From an uncultured Gammaproteobacteria bacterium (GTDB lineage Bacteria > Patescibacteriota > Microgenomatia > UBA10105 > UBA927), in NCBI GenBank assembly GCA_964621305.1, contig CAZUOM010000002.1:73733-137732 (forward strand): a stretch of 64,000 nt of DNA, in the 5' to 3' direction. How positions within the stretch are numbered: the first letter of the stretch is position 1; every line of letters starts with the position of its first letter. The position numbers and the translations under genes were made by a program. Below, in pieces: positions 60,741-64,000 of the stretch. The notes under the pieces are model-generated. The model was not told the origin of the DNA and searched no databases. It was given only the letters and a program-made list of their open reading frames with translations.

Positions 60741-61550
60741 ATGGAAGGCGCTCGCGGCCATTTAGCATCAGGAGAAATACTCGGAAATAACGCGTCTTTA
60801 ATACCAGTTTACTCAATGGAATATCTTCATGGTTCTTTAGCGGTCAATAAACGGAATCATGAATTAAGAACTCAACTACAACAGATGCGTAAAATCGCCT
60901 CGACGATGGGTGAAAGTCTTGCTGCATTATTGGGAGGAGAAACCAAGCTGCATAATCCAATCTACCCATACGAGGTAGACTACAATTCTGTTTTAGATGA
61001 ATTTCGCAAAAGAAATGTTGCTTCCGTGACCCGGTTACCTAGAGGAAAAACAATGGCATTTACAATCCAAACCGGATGGGATTATATAGACTTAATAGGA
61101 GCATATCCTAATGCAAGGTGGAAATTTTACATTTCTTGCATACAAGATACGGACGTCCGCCGCGCTTTGGGAAAAAAATTCGTTCGGATGCTCATTGGTG
61201 ATGTATTCAAATCGCATCTAACATTACAGATAAAAAGCATGGATCATACCTACGACAGCCTCGATCTTTATACATGGCACCCAAAAGAACTTTCACAAAT
61301 TCTAATAAAATTATATACCAGCCATAAGGATATGTTTATTGATGCACCCCGTGTATTTCAACGAATAATAGATCCATCGGTGCCAGTAAACCAGATCGGG
61401 TTAGTACAAGAGCCCGCGGGAGGAAAGGGCGGTTCTCATTCAAATAGAATGGGACGACTAGGAAAAGCACTAGATGAAGGACGTTCTTTTGAGGAGGCTT
61501 GCAAGTTTGCGAGAGTCAAGCAGTTGGCGCCGTGGGAAGTAGAGATCTGA
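60741..61550 (+). CDS. hypothetical 269-aa protein
   Basis: ORF immediately after trpS. No recognised motif. Confidence 0.5.
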   Translation: MEGARGHLASGEILGNNASLIPVYSMEYLHGSLAVNKRNHELRTQLQQMRKIASTMGESLAALLGGETKLHNPIYPYEVDYNSVLDEFRKRNVASVTRLPRGKTMAFTIQTGWDYIDLIGAYPNARWKFYISCIQDTDVRRALGKKFVRMLIGDVFKSHLTLQIKSMDHTYDSLDLYTWHPKELSQILIKLYTSHKDMFIDAPRVFQRIIDPSVPVNQIGLVQEPAGGKGGSHSNRMGRLGKALDEGRSFEEACKFARVKQLAPWEVEI

Positions 61551-61636
61551 CTACCCGTTTCCGCTGAAGGTATACCGTTGGGGGCAAAGATGCGGTGATT
61601 CTTGACATGTTTCGTTACGTTTAGTACAATGTCGTC

Positions 61637-61891
61637 ATGTTAAGTACAAAAGTATATACCCCGGAACAGGTGGCTGAAATGCTGCAATTGTCCAAAAATA
61701 CGGTGTACGGGCTCATAAACCGAGGTGAAATTGTAGCTAAAAAAATCGGCAAGGTGTACCGGATTCCCGCGCGGTCGATTTCATTCATGTTTACCGGACT
61801 CGACTGGGACCTCTACGAAGCGCAAAAAGAGGATGAAGCGCGCCTTGCGGAAACAGAATCAGCCATTGCGACCGTTCGATCTACCCATTGA
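61637..61891 (+). CDS. excisionase-family HTH DNA-binding protein (putative antitoxin)
   Basis: YTPEQVAEMLQLSKNTVYGLINRGEIVAKKIGKVYRI is an Xis/MerR-like HTH. ATGA-coupled to the PIN gene. Confidence 0.65.
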   Translation: MLSTKVYTPEQVAEMLQLSKNTVYGLINRGEIVAKKIGKVYRIPARSISFMFTGLDWDLYEAQKEDEARLAETESAIATVRSTH

Positions 61892-62319
61892 TCATGCCTG
61901 TCCGCGTTTTTGTCGATTCTGACGTCATCATCTCTTCCATCATTTCCCAAAAAGGCGCAGCATATCTTCTTATGCGTGACAGCAGAATAACCCGTTTTGT
62001 GTCCGACGTCTTGATTGCTGAAGTGACGCGCGTGGCGAGTATTTTAAATTTATCACAGACAGAGTTACGGCGGATGGTACATAAACAATGCACAAAAGTT
62101 GTTCTTGGCGCAAAGAAAGAGACTCTGTTAAAGCGTGTGGATGCCTATTGTCGCGACGACAATGACAGGCACATCGTGGCAGGCGCGAAAGCCGCAAAAG
62201 CGCGGTTTCTGGTCACGTACAACATAAAGCACTTTAATGTGGAGAACATACGGGAAGAATTAGGAATCATCGTTTTGCCGCCGGCATTTCTCCTCCAGTA
62301 CATGCGGAGTCTCAATTAA
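61888..62319 (+). CDS. PIN-domain toxin
   Basis: VRVFVDSDVIISSI... Confidence 0.7.
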   Translation: MIMPVRVFVDSDVIISSIISQKGAAYLLMRDSRITRFVSDVLIAEVTRVASILNLSQTELRRMVHKQCTKVVLGAKKETLLKRVDAYCRDDNDRHIVAGAKAAKARFLVTYNIKHFNVENIREELGIIVLPPAFLLQYMRSLN

Positions 62320-62552
62320 AAGACCCAATAGAGCTTACCATGCCCGGGCCGTTGATTATCCGGTGGCGGTTGCGAAAAAAAAGACTTTGCCAAAGGGTAA
62401 GATTTTGAAAAAGTGGCAAAAGAGTTGGTGATATGACGAGATTGCAATTGTCCAAAAAATTAGAACCCCTTCTCCGGACGATCGTTTCCGGCGAATAAAA
62501 GCTCTCTAGATCTTCCAAAAAGAAATCAGCCTCTACAAGCCAACGAAGTGAG

Positions 62553-63401
62553 TTATAAAAGAAGAACGACTCCTATTAAGCTGAGCACTGCCCCCCCTAC
62601 TTTCCTTACTAGATTTTTTCTTTCTCCCAGAAGAAAAATTGCAAGTAAAACGGTGAGGACGGCCGAGGTTTGGCTGAGTGGCGCTATTTGAGCTGCATTT
62701 CTTCCAACCTGATAAGCAAGAAAAATGGTTATTGCAGACAGTGAATAGAGAATTGAAAGAACAGTCATTTTTAAGCCCGCTGATTTTGTAAAAAAATGCC
62801 GCATCGACAGCGTAGAAGAAGGATAAATGAGCCAAACAAACAATGCGGGCACCAAGAATGCGATAACAAGGTAGGAAGGAACGTCACTAGATCGTATGAT
62901 AAATGCATCGTTAGTAAAGGCAAGTCCATAACAACTTGCTGCTCCAAGAGCGAAGAGTGCACTTTTTGATAGTTGCAACCCCCTTTTTGTCCATGAGACT
63001 AATATGACGCTTGAAACGATAAGCAAGGCACCAAGAGATTGCTTAACCGAAAAGGATTCATCCAGAAAAGCCATCGCAGCTAAAATGGTCCAAATCATGC
63101 GTGTAGTAAAAATGATTGTAAATTGAGAGGCCTCTCCCGTTTGTAAAGACTTAAAAACAAACACGTTTCCTGCTCCATATAAAATCATCATGAAAATAAA
63201 ATTGAGTGGGAGATTTTGGACGGGCGGCATATAAAAGCCGCGGAATGCTGTATATAAGAAGATAACTACCCCAACAAATATTTGGAAAAGTATGGAAAAT
63301 GCGACCGGATCAACCTTGTTATCTTTAAGAAGCTTTTTTTGGATAAGAATAGAAAATGAATAAGTGATAACACTTATAACGATCAAAAATTGCCAAGTCA
63401 T
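62553..63401 (-). CDS. EamA/DMT-family transporter
   Basis: 282 aa, 10 TM helices, two EamA-like halves. Confidence 0.75.
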   Translation of the reverse strand: MTWQFLIVISVITYSFSILIQKKLLKDNKVDPVAFSILFQIFVGVVIFLYTAFRGFYMPPVQNLPLNFIFMMILYGAGNVFVFKSLQTGEASQFTIIFTTRMIWTILAAMAFLDESFSVKQSLGALLIVSSVILVSWTKRGLQLSKSALFALGAASCYGLAFTNDAFIIRSSDVPSYLVIAFLVPALFVWLIYPSSTLSMRHFFTKSAGLKMTVLSILYSLSAITIFLAYQVGRNAAQIAPLSQTSAVLTVLLAIFLLGERKNLVRKVGGAVLSLIGVVLLL

Positions 63402-63463
63402 TAGGTCATTTTAACATTCCATTCGTGGCAATAATAGCCCACTTCATGATATACTTGAGACTT

Positions 63464-64000
63464 ATGCCGAAGCAAAACGGTAAAAATCAGTTGATGAAGA
63501 AAAACGGTAATGGCAAGCGCAATGGGAACGGATTTCCGCGGGGGATGAAAATCTTTGAGCTCAAGCTCAACCTCAATCCGAAAAACATCTTTATTGGCCT
63601 CTTTGTTGCGTTTCTTCTTTTTTCGATGCTAGGGAGCTTGGGACGGGAGGCGAGCCTGTACCCGGAAAAACCATTGTCAACGGTTATTACAGATGTCAAA
63701 GAGGGTAAAGTAGAAAAAATTGAAATTGAGGAGAGTAAACTCACCGTAGTCTATAAAGGAGGAGAGAAAGTTACCAGCCACAAAGAGCCCCAGGAGTCCC
63801 TCATTAAAACCTTTGAGAGCGCTGGGGTGGACCCCAAAAACGTAGAGATAAAAGTCAAGGATCTGTCTATGGGTCAGATTTGGTTGGGGCTAATCAGTAA
63901 CGTACTGCCGCTTCTTCTTACTGTTTTGTTTTTTCTTATGATTTTTCGCCAGGCACGGGGAGCCCAAGACAGCATTTTTTCCTTTGGTCAATCGCGTGCG
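63464..64000 (+). CDS. ftsH: ATP-dependent zinc metalloprotease FtsH (N-terminal part; continues beyond window)
   Basis: N-terminal TM, periplasmic domain, second TM then ...FGQSRA, as at the start of the FtsH AAA module. Absent from the ORF track because it runs off the window. Confidence 0.6.
   Translation, partial: MPKQNGKNQLMKKNGNGKRNGNGFPRGMKIFELKLNLNPKNIFIGLFVAFLLFSMLGSLGREASLYPEKPLSTVITDVKEGKVEKIEIEESKLTVVYKGGEKVTSHKEPQESLIKTFESAGVDPKNVEIKVKDLSMGQIWLGLISNVLPLLLTVLFFLMIFRQARGAQDSIFSFGQSRA

Noticed and set aside
1-64000. CRISPR arrays, rRNA genes, IS elements and transposases
   Set aside because: No regularly spaced direct repeats, rRNA-like sequence or transposase ORFs were found. The only recombinase is the Xer-like gene at 45349-46215.

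Overview
The window reads as a gene-dense, small-genome bacterial chromosome segment, probably from a CPR/Patescibacteria-like organism. That placement is an inference from gene content only. Genes are tightly packed and many are coupled by ATGA start/stop overlaps.

Housekeeping genes recognised:
- murD (3' end beyond the left window edge), preceded by a PP-loop ATPase gene
- rpmH, rnpA, yidD, yidC, jag, nadD, nadE
- O-antigen-ligase-like and Wzx-like flippase genes, then rnhA
- rplY (L25), nth, a ROK kinase, epmA and efp, an ALDH/GapN-like dehydrogenase
- guaA, hpt, nrdR, a class II (B12-dependent) nrdJ, and a PduO-type cobalamin adenosyltransferase
- ddl, a FtsB-like gene, SpoIID/LytB, smpB, comF, dprA, comM, yraN
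- trpS (with a C-terminal tRNA-binding domain), an EamA transporter, and ftsH (3' end beyond the right window edge)

RNA genes: tmRNA (ssrA) immediately downstream of smpB, tRNA-Ile(UAU), tRNA-Ser(GCU), tRNA-Ser(UGA) and a tRNA(CAU) on the minus strand. No rRNA or CRISPR array was seen.

The most unusual observations:
1. A short palindromic DNA element (AAGGGGTCCCCTTGC...GCAAGGGGACCCCTT) is inserted in frame into three unrelated housekeeping genes (nth, trpS and the PP-loop gene), much like Rickettsia palindromic elements.
2. About 15 toxin-antitoxin modules lie in 64 kb, including eight PIN-domain toxins. Several are visibly decaying: two higB remnants sit beside intact antitoxins, and one RHH antitoxin carries a nonsense codon. 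One AbrB-PIN cassette is flanked by a duplicated 3' end of the adjacent tyrosine recombinase gene.
3. A three-gene cluster encodes a large K/R/E-rich protein, a small protein and a VirD4/TraG-like coupling ATPase. It is followed by ddl, a tRNA, a 604-aa P-loop NTPase and a Xer-like recombinase.
4. Five-unit heptamer/octamer tandem-repeat tracts lie inside the O-antigen ligase and rnhA genes.
5. The PP-loop ATPase gene co-transcribed upstream of murD is a candidate MurL-like UDP-MurNAc-L-Ala-L-Glu epimerase.
6. A structured ~600-bp noncoding region downstream of tRNA(CAU) carries tandem hairpin repeats.

Every call rests on reading and translating the sequence by eye. No database search was run.
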